A DNA stretch of 64,000 nt from Candidatus Omnitrophota bacterium. Lineage in GTDB: Bacteria; Omnitrophota; Gorgyraeia; Tantalellales; Tantalellaceae. A model generated the notes under the pieces. That model worked only from the letters and a program-made list of their open reading frames with translations, was not told the origin of the DNA and made no database searches. The translations under genes were made by a program, and so were the position numbers. Shown here one piece after another: positions 1-8,962 of the stretch (its first letter is position 1; each line of letters begins with the position of its first letter). The stretch lies in contig JBDRBY010000001.1 of assembly GCA_043822245.1 (NCBI GenBank), forward strand, positions 4,337 to 68,336. The letters run 5' to 3'.

Positions 1-780
1 CGGCACCTTTAGCAACTTCGCGTGAAATTTTATTCTAAATTGTTTATCCGAGCTAAGGCGTTTTTTAAACAAAATACTTATAAAAGTTCCGGCACAGGCT
101 ATCGGAATCCATAACTTCCTTACTGTCCAACCTAATCCAAGGACAATCTTTGTCGGGATAGGAAGTTGCGCGCCTGAAGCGCTGAATACCATTACAAACT
201 TGGGTAAAACCCCGATTACAAGAAAATTAATCACCACAAAAGCGACTACAACCAAAACTACCGGATAGACCAATGCCGATGCTATCCGGGATTGAGTCTC
301 CATCTCTTGTGTTCCTAAAAGAGCTACCCGGTCCAAAATCGTATCCAGCAACCCGCCCGCTTCCCCGACCTGTACCATGCATACAAAAAGCTCGGAAAAG
401 GCCTCCGGATGTTTAGACAGGGCACTTGAAAAGTTTTCTCCTTTTTGCACATCCTGACGAACACCCTCTATGATTAATTTTAGTTTCTTATTCGTTGTTT
501 GTTCCGAAACTGCGGACAAAGCCTCAGAAAGAGGGGTACCCGAGTGGAGTAAAATCGCGATCTGGCGTGTAAACAGGATTATGTCACGTTTCCTGAAATT
601 TTGAAATCTATCTAAAACGGCGGTAATTGAAAAATTTCCGTTTTCTTTGCTTCTAATATCAATAACGCTGTAACCCATCTCACCTAACCGGACAGTAAGA
701 GCACTTTCACTTTCCGATTCCATTGTGCCGGTTATCAATTCTCCCCTGTCATCTCTCGCTCTGTAAGAGTATTGTGCCAT
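1..780 (-). CDS. pilC: Type IV pilus assembly / type II secretion platform protein PilC/GspF, N-terminal ~260 aa; the C-terminus runs off the window start
   Basis: Minus-strand ATG at 778-780 preceded by a GGCGG SD-like site. My manual translation (MAQYSYRARDDRGELITGTMESE...GTPLSEALSAVSEQTTNKKLKLIIEGVRQDV...GEAGGLLDTILDRVA...) shows T2SSF-domain architecture with no stop to position 1. It sits in a pil gene neighbourhood. Confidence 0.7.
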   Translation of the reverse strand, partial: MAQYSYRARDDRGELITGTMESESESALTVRLGEMGYSVIDIRSKENGNFSITAVLDRFQNFRKRDIILFTRQIAILLHSGTPLSEALSAVSEQTTNKKLKLIIEGVRQDVQKGENFSSALSKHPEAFSELFVCMVQVGEAGGLLDTILDRVALLGTQEMETQSRIASALVYPVVLVVVAFVVINFLVIGVLPKFVMVFSASGAQLPIPTKIVLGLGWTVRKLWIPIACAGTFISILFKKRLSSDKQFRIKFHAKLLKVP

Positions 781-839
781 TATGCCGCCTATTTGTTTTC
801 ATTGCGTCAAAAAATATGTTACACTATCTTTTCCGGCTA

Positions 840-1952
840 TTACGAATTCGCGTATTTATCAAAATAGTAACTCGACATTATATCATTTTTTAGATACTTG
901 GCGAAGATCAACGAAAGGTTAAAATAGATCTCTTTATCCGTACCATCTCCTTGTAACGCCTGCTCATAAACCATAACAGCCTTCTTATATTGGCCTTTTT
1001 GCGTATAAAGATATCCCAAATTGTATTTACTTTCTTTTTCATCAGGGCTTATTGCTAAAACCTTGTTGTAATACCGGATTGCTTCATTTAAATTTTCTTC
1101 AAGTGAATAAAGATATCCAAACGCGAGGTACACGCTAACCTTGTCTTTTGCTTTTGTATCAAACTTGCTATTTATCGGCGATAAAATTTCATAGGCGCCT
1201 ATCTTTTTTTTCATTTCGGTTATAGTTCCATTTAACTGAACTTTTTCTTGCTGATTAGTTTTTTGCAAATCCAGAAAATGCTTCTGTATATCATCCTTTT
1301 TTTCCTCTAAGCCTTTATTCCGCGCTGCCAGGCCTTCCAGCTTTTTCCCAAGTTCCGCGTTCGCCAATTCTGTTTCTTTCAGCCTGCCTGCTGTTTTCTC
1401 TGCCGCCTGTTCCCGCGTGTTTAACTCTCCCAGTAACCGTTGGTTTTCCACGCGCGTTTTCTCAACTTGTTCCGCTAACTCGCTTATCTTCTTCTCGCTC
1501 TGGGTATATTCTCCCTTTAACTTGCCCGCGTCTTTTGCCAACACGGCCTTTTCTTCCTCTAAGCCTTTATTCCGCGCTGCCACGCCTTCCAGCTTTTTCC
1601 CAAGTTCCGCGTTCGCCAATTCTGTTTCTTTCAGCCTGCCTGCTGTTTTCTCGGCCGCCTGTTCCCGCGTGTTTAACTCTCCCTGTAACCGTTGGTTTTC
1701 CACTCGCGTTTTCTCAACTTGTTCTTTTAATGTCCTCTTTCCTTCTACAGTAGCATCGTATTGTGCTCGCAATTTTTTATTTTCTACAAAGAGATTCTTT
1801 ATCTTTCCTGTGATAGTTTCCTCTATTTTGTCCAATTCTTTCTCCAGATTGTGTGTTTGCTCCTGCGCTTTAACAGAAACTGCTCCCGCGAAAAATAAAA
1901 AAAGAAAAACCACTGTCGCAACTTCGGCTCTAGACTTAATTTGCTTTTTCAT
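840..1952 (-). CDS. Secreted or membrane-anchored coiled-coil protein with C-terminal TPR repeats (FimV/HubP-like pilus-associated scaffold?). It contains a near-identical internal tandem duplication of ~57 aa.
   Basis: Track ORF 840..1985. An internal Met at 1952 begins a signal/TM segment (MKKQIKSRAEVATVVFLFLFFAGAVSVKA) and is preceded by GGAG. The central region is heptad-rich (ENQRL.GELNTREQAAEK...). The C-terminus has TPR-like repeats (AIRYYNKVLAISPDE...YNLGYLYTQKGQYKKAVMVYEQAL). Confidence 0.6.
   Translation of the reverse strand: MKKQIKSRAEVATVVFLFLFFAGAVSVKAQEQTHNLEKELDKIEETITGKIKNLFVENKKLRAQYDATVEGKRTLKEQVEKTRVENQRLQGELNTREQAAEKTAGRLKETELANAELGKKLEGVAARNKGLEEEKAVLAKDAGKLKGEYTQSEKKISELAEQVEKTRVENQRLLGELNTREQAAEKTAGRLKETELANAELGKKLEGLAARNKGLEEKKDDIQKHFLDLQKTNQQEKVQLNGTITEMKKKIGAYEILSPINSKFDTKAKDKVSVYLAFGYLYSLEENLNEAIRYYNKVLAISPDEKESKYNLGYLYTQKGQYKKAVMVYEQALQGDGTDKEIYFNLSLIFAKYLKNDIMSSYYFDKYANS
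1302..1721. repeat. Intragenic tandem duplication: two 171-bp copies (1302-1472 and 1551-1721), ~98% identical, period 249 bp
   Basis: Direct comparison of the two segments gives 4 mismatches in 171 bp. It encodes the duplicated EKTRVENQRL[QL]GELNTREQAAEKTAGRLKETELANAELGKKLEG block. Confidence 0.85.
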
Positions 1953-2065
1953 TTTTACTCCTATCGTTAGTTTTGGTATTGTCAAAAGTTTTTATCAAAA
2001 TTTTTCTTACCACAATCGACGCGTATTTGATTTTAGATTCATTTTGCGGTTTGTCTTGTTGTATT

Positions 2066-2200
2066 AAATCCCCCTAGCCCCCTTTTTCAAAGGGGGGAAC
2101 GTTCTGCTCCTTTTTCAAAGGGGGGAACGTTCTGACCCTTTTTCAAAGGGGGGAACGTTCTGACCCTTTTTCAAAGGGGGGAAAAGATCTGCCTTTTTTT
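2066..2200 (+). repeat. Array of 4 tandem ~29-bp units, each containing the hairpin CCCCCTTT-TTC-AAAGGGGG followed by GAACGTTCTGA, preceded by the leader AAATCCCCCTAG (locus 1 of a 6-locus family)
   Basis: Read directly: aaatccccctagccccctttttcaaaggggggaacgttctg, then ctcctttttcaaaggggggaacgttctga, ccctttttcaaaggggggaacgttctga, ccctttttcaaaggggggaaaagatctg. It lies between the pilQ stop and the promoter of the coiled-coil gene. Confidence 0.9.
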
Positions 2201-2281
2201 TAAAAAAGAGAATGGAAACTACTTCATTACTTCTTTCATAATTTTTCCATTTTATTTTTAACATTATCTTAGCTTTCGTAA

Positions 2282-4006
2282 TTAAGAATCTTCTGTCAAA
2301 ACCTTCAAATCAGCTTTCCTCGTTCGGCTTACTCTATTGTAAGAAGATAATGACATTATTCTATACTGTTCTTTCGCGTCTTTAACGAAAAAACTGTTCG
2401 GGTAATCAGAAATCACCTGAGAAAATACCTCTTTGGCTTTCGCGTAATCTTTCACTTCATCCTGGTAAATTTTACCTGCAAGATATAATGCCTCAGGCGC
2501 ATGGGCTCCATCCGGAAACTGGGTATAAATATTCATGTAGAGATTAAGCGCTTGTTGTTTTCTGAAATGCTTGTCTTTTCTAACACTTTCCACGCCTTTG
2601 CCTTTATCTAACGCTTTCGCTTTTCTTAAGATTTCCGCGGTAAGGCACAGTTCCGCTGTTTTCTCAATATGTACATGAGTTTCTTCCTCTTCAGCCTCTT
2701 CTTTGTTTAATCGTTTTTTCTCTTCACGTGACCGCAAAATTCGCGGAGTAATAAAAACCGCTAATTCCGTCTGCTGATCCGTACCCTCGGTTCTCGAAAA
2801 CAACGCTCCTAAGAAAGGAATATCGCCTAAAAAAGGGATTTTGTCTCTAGAAACGTCACTCTGCTGTTTTATCAGGCCTCCGATCACCAGCGTCTCGCCT
2901 TCTCTAACTCGCACGGTCGTGTCGGCTTCTCTTGTTGTGATCCTGGGACCCGCGTCCAAAGATTCGGCCAAGGAAGATACTTCCGGGTGTACTCGCATTG
3001 TGATATAACCGTCGTCATTTATCTGCGGAGTTACCTTCAAAGTCGTGCCTATGTCAACAAATGTCGTAGTTTCCGTAGTGCCGGTAGTCGTTTGCGTGCG
3101 CTCTTTGATGGGATATCTCTGCCCTATAATTATGCGCGCCTCCTGACCGTTCAAAACAGCGATAGACGGAGAAGCCAAAAGATTTGCTTTGCCGTCTCTT
3201 ATCAACGCGTCAATTGTCGCGGTAACATTAAGCCCCTTTATACTAAAAGTGTTAAGGACAAACTGCCCCCCGGTTAGAGTGGAAGATTGTTCAGCCATGC
3301 TCATGGTAAGATCCGCTTCCTCTGCGGTTTGCGTAATCCGGTCAAAAAGGCCCTGGCCGGGAGCGTAATCCACATTCCATGTGGTACCCAAAGCTTTTAT
3401 TTCGTTAGATGTGATATCCACAACCTTGGCCTCAACAAGAATCTGCTGAGGGGGGATATCCACTTTTTTAAGCAAATCTTTGATCCTCTGGATATTTACC
3501 GGATAATCCGTAATAATGAGGCTGTTTTGAACGTCATCCGTCTTTATGTCACCTTTTGCCGAAAGAACTTTTCTTAAAAGGTTTTGAGCATCTGCTGACC
3601 TTATGTAATCCAGGAAGATTACCTCCGTTGTAAACTCCACGCTCTCTCCGCCGCCTGAAGACACGTAAATAATGTCATCTCGGACGCTGTAAACTAAGCC
3701 GTTCACATTAAGTATGGCTTTGAGCGCGTTTTCCACGCTCACATTTTTCAAATTTACCGTTACCGTCCCTTTTACATCTGGGCTCGTAACCACGTTAAGG
3801 TTGTACGTCCAAGCGAAAGATCTCAGAATATTCACGACATCCGCGTTTTTGTACTCAAGGTTCACGGGCTGTTGAAATATTTCTTCAACCGTAAGTATTT
3901 TTTTGTCAGGCGCGACGGTTATCCATTCCTCAGCCGCGCCTGAGGCGTTTATAAGGAATAGTCCCGCCACGATGAATACCACGACTTTATTTCTTTTTCT
4001 CAGCAT
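2282..4006 (-). CDS. pilQ: Type IV pilus secretin PilQ with a C-terminal TPR/YbgF-like extension
   Basis: Secretin N-domain and secretin-domain motifs (LLASPSIAVLNGQEARIIIGQ, VFITPRIL). The start is refined to Met19 of the track ORF (ATG at 4006) with a GAGGGG SD 5 nt upstream and signal peptide MLRKRNKVVVFIVAGLFLINASGAA. The last ~120 aa (APEALYLAGKIYQDEVKDYAKAKEVFSQVISDYPNS) resemble the YbgF/TPR fold. Confidence 0.8.
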   Translation of the reverse strand: MLRKRNKVVVFIVAGLFLINASGAAEEWITVAPDKKILTVEEIFQQPVNLEYKNADVVNILRSFAWTYNLNVVTSPDVKGTVTVNLKNVSVENALKAILNVNGLVYSVRDDIIYVSSGGGESVEFTTEVIFLDYIRSADAQNLLRKVLSAKGDIKTDDVQNSLIITDYPVNIQRIKDLLKKVDIPPQQILVEAKVVDITSNEIKALGTTWNVDYAPGQGLFDRITQTAEEADLTMSMAEQSSTLTGGQFVLNTFSIKGLNVTATIDALIRDGKANLLASPSIAVLNGQEARIIIGQRYPIKERTQTTTGTTETTTFVDIGTTLKVTPQINDDGYITMRVHPEVSSLAESLDAGPRITTREADTTVRVREGETLVIGGLIKQQSDVSRDKIPFLGDIPFLGALFSRTEGTDQQTELAVFITPRILRSREEKKRLNKEEAEEEETHVHIEKTAELCLTAEILRKAKALDKGKGVESVRKDKHFRKQQALNLYMNIYTQFPDGAHAPEALYLAGKIYQDEVKDYAKAKEVFSQVISDYPNSFFVKDAKEQYRIMSLSSYNRVSRTRKADLKVLTEDS

Positions 4007-4049
4007 ATTTCCCCTCTTTAGTTTAATTTTCGCCATTGACAACGAAACG

Positions 4050-4907
4050 TTACCTTTCAACCGCTATTAAGTATTCTTCAACACCGTCCGTCAAAATAAT
4101 TTTGTCTTGCTCTATTTTTTTGAGCGTGTACTCGCCTATCACGGAACCTTCCTTCACAACTTCACCTCCTACAATAGCTGTTGGAATCCCAGCGTTGTAG
4201 GTTATTCCTTCTAATTTTATGTCAATCTTAGCTTTTGTCGACTCCGGCCGTACTTTCGAAACAAAAATATCCCGCAGTTCATAAAAACCATCCTTCGTTT
4301 CTTTCGCCTTGAGCTGTTCAGAAAAGGGAACGTCGCCCAGCAGGCTCGATACCACGAGCTTGATTAAACTGTCAGACTCTTTTTTTCTTTTTTGAGGCTC
4401 TGAAATTTCCAATTCTTCTACCTTAAGGAATGGGGATATTGTTTCCACTTGCCGGATGTAATCGACAATTTCCGAAAAAGGCGCGTCAAACCGTATCTCG
4501 ACAAAAATACGGGAATATTCCTCTCCCTTGTCTATTTTCTGGCGTATCGAGTCTATTTTTATATCTTTCGCGAGCCGTGTAAGTTCGGCGATTAAGCGCG
4601 CTGTCGCGTTCTTACTAGGAAGTTTTTTTTCCATCGCCTCTATCTCTTCAAACAGTTCCGCGCCCCTGTTCTGTTCTTCTTCAATCCGTTCCCTGCCTGC
4701 CTGTATCTCCGGATGTTGAGCTTTTATCTGCTCGAATTGCTTTGTCAATCGTTCGGTTTGAGTTTTATATATAAGGAGATTCCCGGTCAAAGGCTTATAG
4801 ACCGCTCCATAATAAAGGATGACACCAAGAATCGCGGCAAAAGCCGTTACGGCAATCCTTTCCCTTTTACTCAAGCTTTTGTATTTTTCTATTATGTTTT
4901 TTCCCAT
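4050..4907 (-). CDS. pilO: Fused PilO-like (TM plus coiled coil) and PilP-like (C-terminal beta domain) pilus alignment protein
   Basis: Start refined to the internal ATG at 4907, 1 nt after the pilMN stop. An N-terminal TM helix is followed by a coiled coil typical of PilO. The C-terminal ~90 aa beta-rich segment sits just upstream of pilQ, as PilP does. Confidence 0.55.
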   Translation of the reverse strand: MGKNIIEKYKSLSKRERIAVTAFAAILGVILYYGAVYKPLTGNLLIYKTQTERLTKQFEQIKAQHPEIQAGRERIEEEQNRGAELFEEIEAMEKKLPSKNATARLIAELTRLAKDIKIDSIRQKIDKGEEYSRIFVEIRFDAPFSEIVDYIRQVETISPFLKVEELEISEPQKRKKESDSLIKLVVSSLLGDVPFSEQLKAKETKDGFYELRDIFVSKVRPESTKAKIDIKLEGITYNAGIPTAIVGGEVVKEGSVIGEYTLKKIEQDKIILTDGVEEYLIAVER

Positions 4908-4908
4908 G

Positions 4909-6774
4909 TTATTGGAATACCACCACCTCAAAGCTATAGACCTGCTTATCCTGCTCTTTTTGCGTGTAACTGAACTTCGCGTCTGAAAACACATCCGTCT
5001 CTTTTACCTTCTCTATAAGCTGAGTAATTAGTACCAGGTTAACAGTAGAACCGACTATCACAAATTTCCCTTCTTCATACTTCAGGCTGTTAACCCATAC
5101 CTCTTCCGGCAAAAGAGCCGCTATCGAACCAAGCATTTTTGAGACATCTACCGGATTTCTTTTCGCGTCGTTAAGAATCTTGAGCTGCGCCTCCAGTATT
5201 TTTTTCCGGTTAACCAATTCATTTTCTTCTTTGGCAAGGTTAATCCGCAAAATCTCATGTTTAGACAAATCAATTTTCGCTTTATCAACCTTTTTTGCCG
5301 ATTCTTCCATCCGCGATTTATAAAACCCTGCCGTTCCCGCCAAAAAACCGCTTAACACAATTGACACGACAAGTAACCCCGTTACTATCTGGACCGGCCG
5401 CTGCCTAAATGCTGTCCACAGAATTTTGAGCGGCTCCTGTCCCGATTCCGGTAGAAAATTCACTCTCCGGGTACTTGCTGCCTTTTGTCCGATAGAAAGC
5501 CCCGCGCCTATCGTAAAGAGGCCGGGTTCCGTTACCAGCACGGCCTTTTGTTTCTTCACACTTTCTAAAACCCTGAACACAGAGAACGGGTCAAAATACT
5601 CTACTGGAACACCTAATTTAACATTCAGAAATTTTTCCAAATTTTTCAGTTTCGCCCCGCCGCCGGATAAAATCACGCGGCTAAACCTCCTGACCTGAGA
5701 CTGCGCGACCTGAAACGAAAAATGCTTAAACAAAAGTTCTATTTCCACCACTAAATTCTCAAGCGCGGATACAAGCGCGTAATAAATCTGTTCCGAGCTG
5801 TCCTTCGATTTTTCAAACAACTCAACATTCCCGCCCAGAGGGGAGAATACTTTATCTTTCGACCAAAAACTAAAGCCATGTTCTTTCTTCAGTTCTTCAG
5901 CCTTTTCTTCGGAAACCCTGCACTGTTTGGCAATGTTCTTGTTTATTCGATCCGAAGTTAAAACAATCTCTTTGGAGAAACATAACGAACGGCTCTTGGA
6001 AACCGCCAAAAAACTTTCCTCCGCGCCTATGTGCACCCATAACTCCACATCCTCTTCATATTCGGACTGCTCATAAATACTGCTGAGGTTCACCAAGCCA
6101 AACTGCGGAGATTCAACGCTGACGGGCTTAAAACCCGCGGCTTCCAACAACGCGATGTGCCTGGCCAGGGCATCTTTGGAAACGCACGCGATAACCACTC
6201 TTTCTTGTGAAACACCTCCGGTATTTTCAGTGATTTTCCATTTTTTGAATTTGCACACCAATTTTGCCCAGCTCAATCCAAATGGTTTAAGCTGGGCAAT
6301 TTTGAACCGGATAGCGGATTCTAATTCTTCATCCGGCATAGGGGGAAACATCATATTGTAAATCTGGACATCCCGCGCGGATAAAGCCGTCACACACGCC
6401 GGGCCGGTATCATTGCGGCCTCTCAGAGCTACTAAAGCGTTTTTTGTCGCGGAAAAAGAATCCTTGACAGAGGGAGCGTCGTAAGGCTGGCTGTCAACAT
6501 TGATGATCTCAAATCTTTTCTTTTCATCCACACCCAAACGGATCATTTTCACAGCTCGGGAACCGATGTCTATAACCACAGGCAGAGGCTTTATATCTTT
6601 CATGTCCGAGAGTGCTTCCGCGAGCTCTTTTTTCGAAGAAGGCACGATTTTGCGGATGTTCTTGCTGTATGTAAAAATACTTGAAACACCTCCTGCCACG
6701 GCTTTCGGGCGGTCAAACACACTTTTTACCAGATCATCCGGCAAGGCATTTGGAGTCTTTTTGTTTTTATCCAT
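4909..6774 (-). CDS. pilM: Fused PilM (actin-like ATPase fold) and PilN (TM plus periplasmic domain) pilus assembly protein
   Basis: The N-terminal half carries PilM/FtsA-like motifs (VVIDIGSRAVKMIRLG...ILSGGGAKLKNLEKFL). It is followed by a TM helix (VTGLLVVSIVLSGFLAG), a coiled coil and a PilN-like C-terminus, and it overlaps the parA stop by 8 nt. Confidence 0.65.
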   Translation of the reverse strand: MDKNKKTPNALPDDLVKSVFDRPKAVAGGVSSIFTYSKNIRKIVPSSKKELAEALSDMKDIKPLPVVIDIGSRAVKMIRLGVDEKKRFEIINVDSQPYDAPSVKDSFSATKNALVALRGRNDTGPACVTALSARDVQIYNMMFPPMPDEELESAIRFKIAQLKPFGLSWAKLVCKFKKWKITENTGGVSQERVVIACVSKDALARHIALLEAAGFKPVSVESPQFGLVNLSSIYEQSEYEEDVELWVHIGAEESFLAVSKSRSLCFSKEIVLTSDRINKNIAKQCRVSEEKAEELKKEHGFSFWSKDKVFSPLGGNVELFEKSKDSSEQIYYALVSALENLVVEIELLFKHFSFQVAQSQVRRFSRVILSGGGAKLKNLEKFLNVKLGVPVEYFDPFSVFRVLESVKKQKAVLVTEPGLFTIGAGLSIGQKAASTRRVNFLPESGQEPLKILWTAFRQRPVQIVTGLLVVSIVLSGFLAGTAGFYKSRMEESAKKVDKAKIDLSKHEILRINLAKEENELVNRKKILEAQLKILNDAKRNPVDVSKMLGSIAALLPEEVWVNSLKYEEGKFVIVGSTVNLVLITQLIEKVKETDVFSDAKFSYTQKEQDKQVYSFEVVVFQ

Positions 6775-7666
6775 TTTTCACTTTTGTTCGCGCGACAACT
6801 TCCTCGGTCAACGCGGCGTAATCCTTCGCGCCCTTGGAAGATGGCTCGTAATCAAATATTGATTTCTTATTCGCCGCCGCCTCAGCCAGCGTAATGTTGA
6901 CCCTTATGACTGACCGAAAAACTTTATCTCCAAAGTATGATTTTAACTGTGAAAAGATAGTCCTATCCATCCTTGTCCGCTTGTTAAACAATGTGGGAAG
7001 TATCCCGAGTATCTCAAGATCGGAATTCAGCCTGCCTTTAATAATCTCGATTGTGGAAAAAAGTTCCCTCATACCCTCCAGCGCGAAGTAATGAGTCTGA
7101 ACGGGAACAAGAATAAATTTCGAAGCTACTATCCCGTTTATGGTCAAGAGGTTTAAAGATGGGGAACAATCAATCACAATATAGTCGTAGTGTTTGTTCC
7201 TCGTGTTTATCATTTTGTAAAGGGCGTTTCTTAAAATTCCTTCCCTGCCCAAAAGATCCGCGATTTCGAGCTGTGCCCCGCTGAGCATCGGGGTCGCAGG
7301 CACAAGGCTTAATCCCGCGCAGGAAGTTCCAACAATAGTTTTTTCCATGTCAATATTTTTGACAAGGACGTCGTAAATCGAACACTCTACGTCGTCCACT
7401 CTGACGCCTAACCCTAACGAAGCGTGAGACTGCGAATCTAAGTCTATGATGAGGACTTCAAAACCCCTCTTCGCCAAAGCCGCCGCGAGGTTAATCGCGG
7501 TTGTGGTTTTTCCGCATCCGCCTTTTCGATTAGCGACACAGATAACCGACGAATCTTTTTTTTCTTCTTTTTCTTCAAAACGCGGCAGGTTGATGTCGGG
7601 AAAGCCCGGAACCTGAAACCCTTTTTGTTTTTGTTCCCTGAACATTGATTTTATCTCATTGAGCAT
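6767..7666 (-). CDS. ParA/Soj/MinD-family P-loop ATPase (deviant Walker A KGGCGKTT) with a ~40-aa N-terminal extension, co-operonic with pilMNOPQ
   Basis: [28 protein letters not shown]...LIIDLDSQ. ATG at 7666 with a GGAGGTGGAG SD. The stop overlaps the pilMN start. Confidence 0.8.
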   Translation of the reverse strand: MLNEIKSMFREQKQKGFQVPGFPDINLPRFEEKEEKKDSSVICVANRKGGCGKTTTAINLAAALAKRGFEVLIIDLDSQSHASLGLGVRVDDVECSIYDVLVKNIDMEKTIVGTSCAGLSLVPATPMLSGAQLEIADLLGREGILRNALYKMINTRNKHYDYIVIDCSPSLNLLTINGIVASKFILVPVQTHYFALEGMRELFSTIEIIKGRLNSDLEILGILPTLFNKRTRMDRTIFSQLKSYFGDKVFRSVIRVNITLAEAAANKKSIFDYEPSSKGAKDYAALTEEVVARTKVKNG

Positions 7667-7684
7667 GCTCCACCTCCGACTCCT

Positions 7685-7921
7685 TTAAACGCTATAGCCT
7701 TTATCAAACCTTCGTTGTATAAGCCGCAGTGTATACCCCTCTTTTCTCATGTTTGTAATCGTGTCAAAGACGCTGCTAATCCCTTTTTTGTCGTACAGCC
7801 GCACGTTACCCTTGCGAACACCGACTTTGAAAAGCCCGATATTTGTGTAATAATTAATTGTCGCGACTGAAACCTTCAAATCTTTCGCCAGCTCTTTCGC
7901 TGTAACAAATTTTTCCAGCAC
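7685..7921 (-). CDS. Small MerR/excisionase-type HTH DNA-binding protein (~79 aa)
   Basis: HTH TAKELAKDLKVSVATINYYTNIGL followed by an LYD motif. The track ORF starts at a TTG (7939). An in-frame GTG at 7921 has the strong SD GGAGAGGAGGTGG and is preferred. It ends 18 nt before parA. Confidence 0.5.
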   Translation of the reverse strand: MLEKFVTAKELAKDLKVSVATINYYTNIGLFKVGVRKGNVRLYDKKGISSVFDTITNMRKEGYTLRLIQRRFDKGYSV

Positions 7922-8107
7922 GAGCCACCTCCTCTCCAATCATGTAAGCAAACAATTGTTTCAAAATGTCATTTTGAAGTGTACACAAAAACCAATGAAT
8001 AGTCAAGCCATTGTGTGTAATTATTTTAGCTCCGCTACATATTGTTTTTCAAAACAAACATCATGTTAGCATCTGTTAACGCATACGGTTGTTTCGTTGA
8101 TTGTTTT

Positions 8108-8306
8108 TAAATAGGGACGTTTTAAATAGGGACGTCACCCATTTATTCACCCATTTATTTGAGACGCGATAAATCGCGTCTCTACGTTATTGGTTTCTTT
8201 TTTAAATAGGGACGTCACCCATTTATCGTTAAATAGGGACGTCACCCATTTATTCACCCATTTATTTGAGACGCGATAAATCGCGTCTCTACGTTATTGG
8301 TTTCTT
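8108..8306. repeat. Tandem duplication of a ~95-bp unit. Each unit has two copies of AAATAGGGACGTCACCCATTTAT plus the perfect 22-bp palindrome GAGACGCGATAAATCGCGTCTC. This is iteron-like and sits upstream of the merR-parA-pil operon.
   Basis: Read directly. Unit 2 overlaps the last codons of yggS, so unit 1 is a duplication of the yggS 3' end region. The palindromes are at 8161-8182 and 8268-8289. Confidence 0.85.
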
Positions 8307-8962
8307 TCTCCAAATATTTTTGTGCCGATTCGGATTATGTTCGCGCCTTCGGCTATCGCGGCGCGATAAGAGTTTGTCATGCCCATTGAAAGATACCGCA
8401 TTTCTACTTCCGCGAGGCCTGCCGACTTTACTTTTTCGAATACACTGCTTGTTTCAACAAAATAAGGCCGGGCATCGTCCGGATTTCCGGAGGCCGGCCC
8501 CATCGTCATTAATCCCTGTACTTTTATGTTGGTCAAAAGCGCGATTTGTTTAACAAGTTCCATAACTTTTTCAGGCAATACACCGTATTTCTGAGATTCT
8601 CTCGCGCTGTTAACTTCAATAAATACCGGCATCACCTTACCGGCCGCTCCGCACCGCCTGTTTATCTCGTCAGCTAATTCTATTGAATCAACTGTTTCAA
8701 TCAAATCAAATATCTCTATGGCTTTTTTTATTTTGTTTTTTTGCAAATGGCCTATAAAATGCCATTTTACTTTGCCGCTGAGAGTATTAACTACCCTGGC
8801 GGCTTCTTGCACATAATTTTCTCCAATGATTTTTATCCCGGCATCAACAGCCTGTTGAATCTCGTCGCGGGTTCTTGTCTTAGCGACCGCTACCAACATA
8901 ACCCGCGTGGGAATTTCTTTTAGCAACTGCTCAACATTCTGTTTAATCAGGCCGCTTCTCAT
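8294..8962 (-). CDS. yggS: YggS/PLPBP-family pyridoxal-phosphate homeostasis protein
   Basis: MLVAVAKTRTRDEIQQAVDAGIKIIGENYVQEA...IGHLQKNKIK, characteristic of the alanine-racemase-N-fold YggS family, ~220 aa. Confidence 0.8.
   Translation of the reverse strand: MRSGLIKQNVEQLLKEIPTRVMLVAVAKTRTRDEIQQAVDAGIKIIGENYVQEAARVVNTLSGKVKWHFIGHLQKNKIKKAIEIFDLIETVDSIELADEINRRCGAAGKVMPVFIEVNSARESQKYGVLPEKVMELVKQIALLTNIKVQGLMTMGPASGNPDDARPYFVETSSVFEKVKSAGLAEVEMRYLSMGMTNSYRAAIAEGANIIRIGTKIFGERNQ

Noticed and set aside
1417-2067. Plus-strand ORFs of 60-216 aa lying inside minus-strand genes (for example 1417-2067, 10336-10827, 40537-41115, 47847-48398, 54310-54573)
   Set aside because: They are antisense shadow ORFs of well-supported genes, with low-complexity Ser/Pro/Phe-rich translations and no RBS.
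2066-2200. Tandem ~29-bp partially palindromic repeats resembling a CRISPR array
   Set aside because: The units are directly adjacent with no unique spacers, and the same unit recurs singly at other loci. No cas genes are present in the window. I interpret it as a REP/MITE-like tandem array, not a CRISPR.
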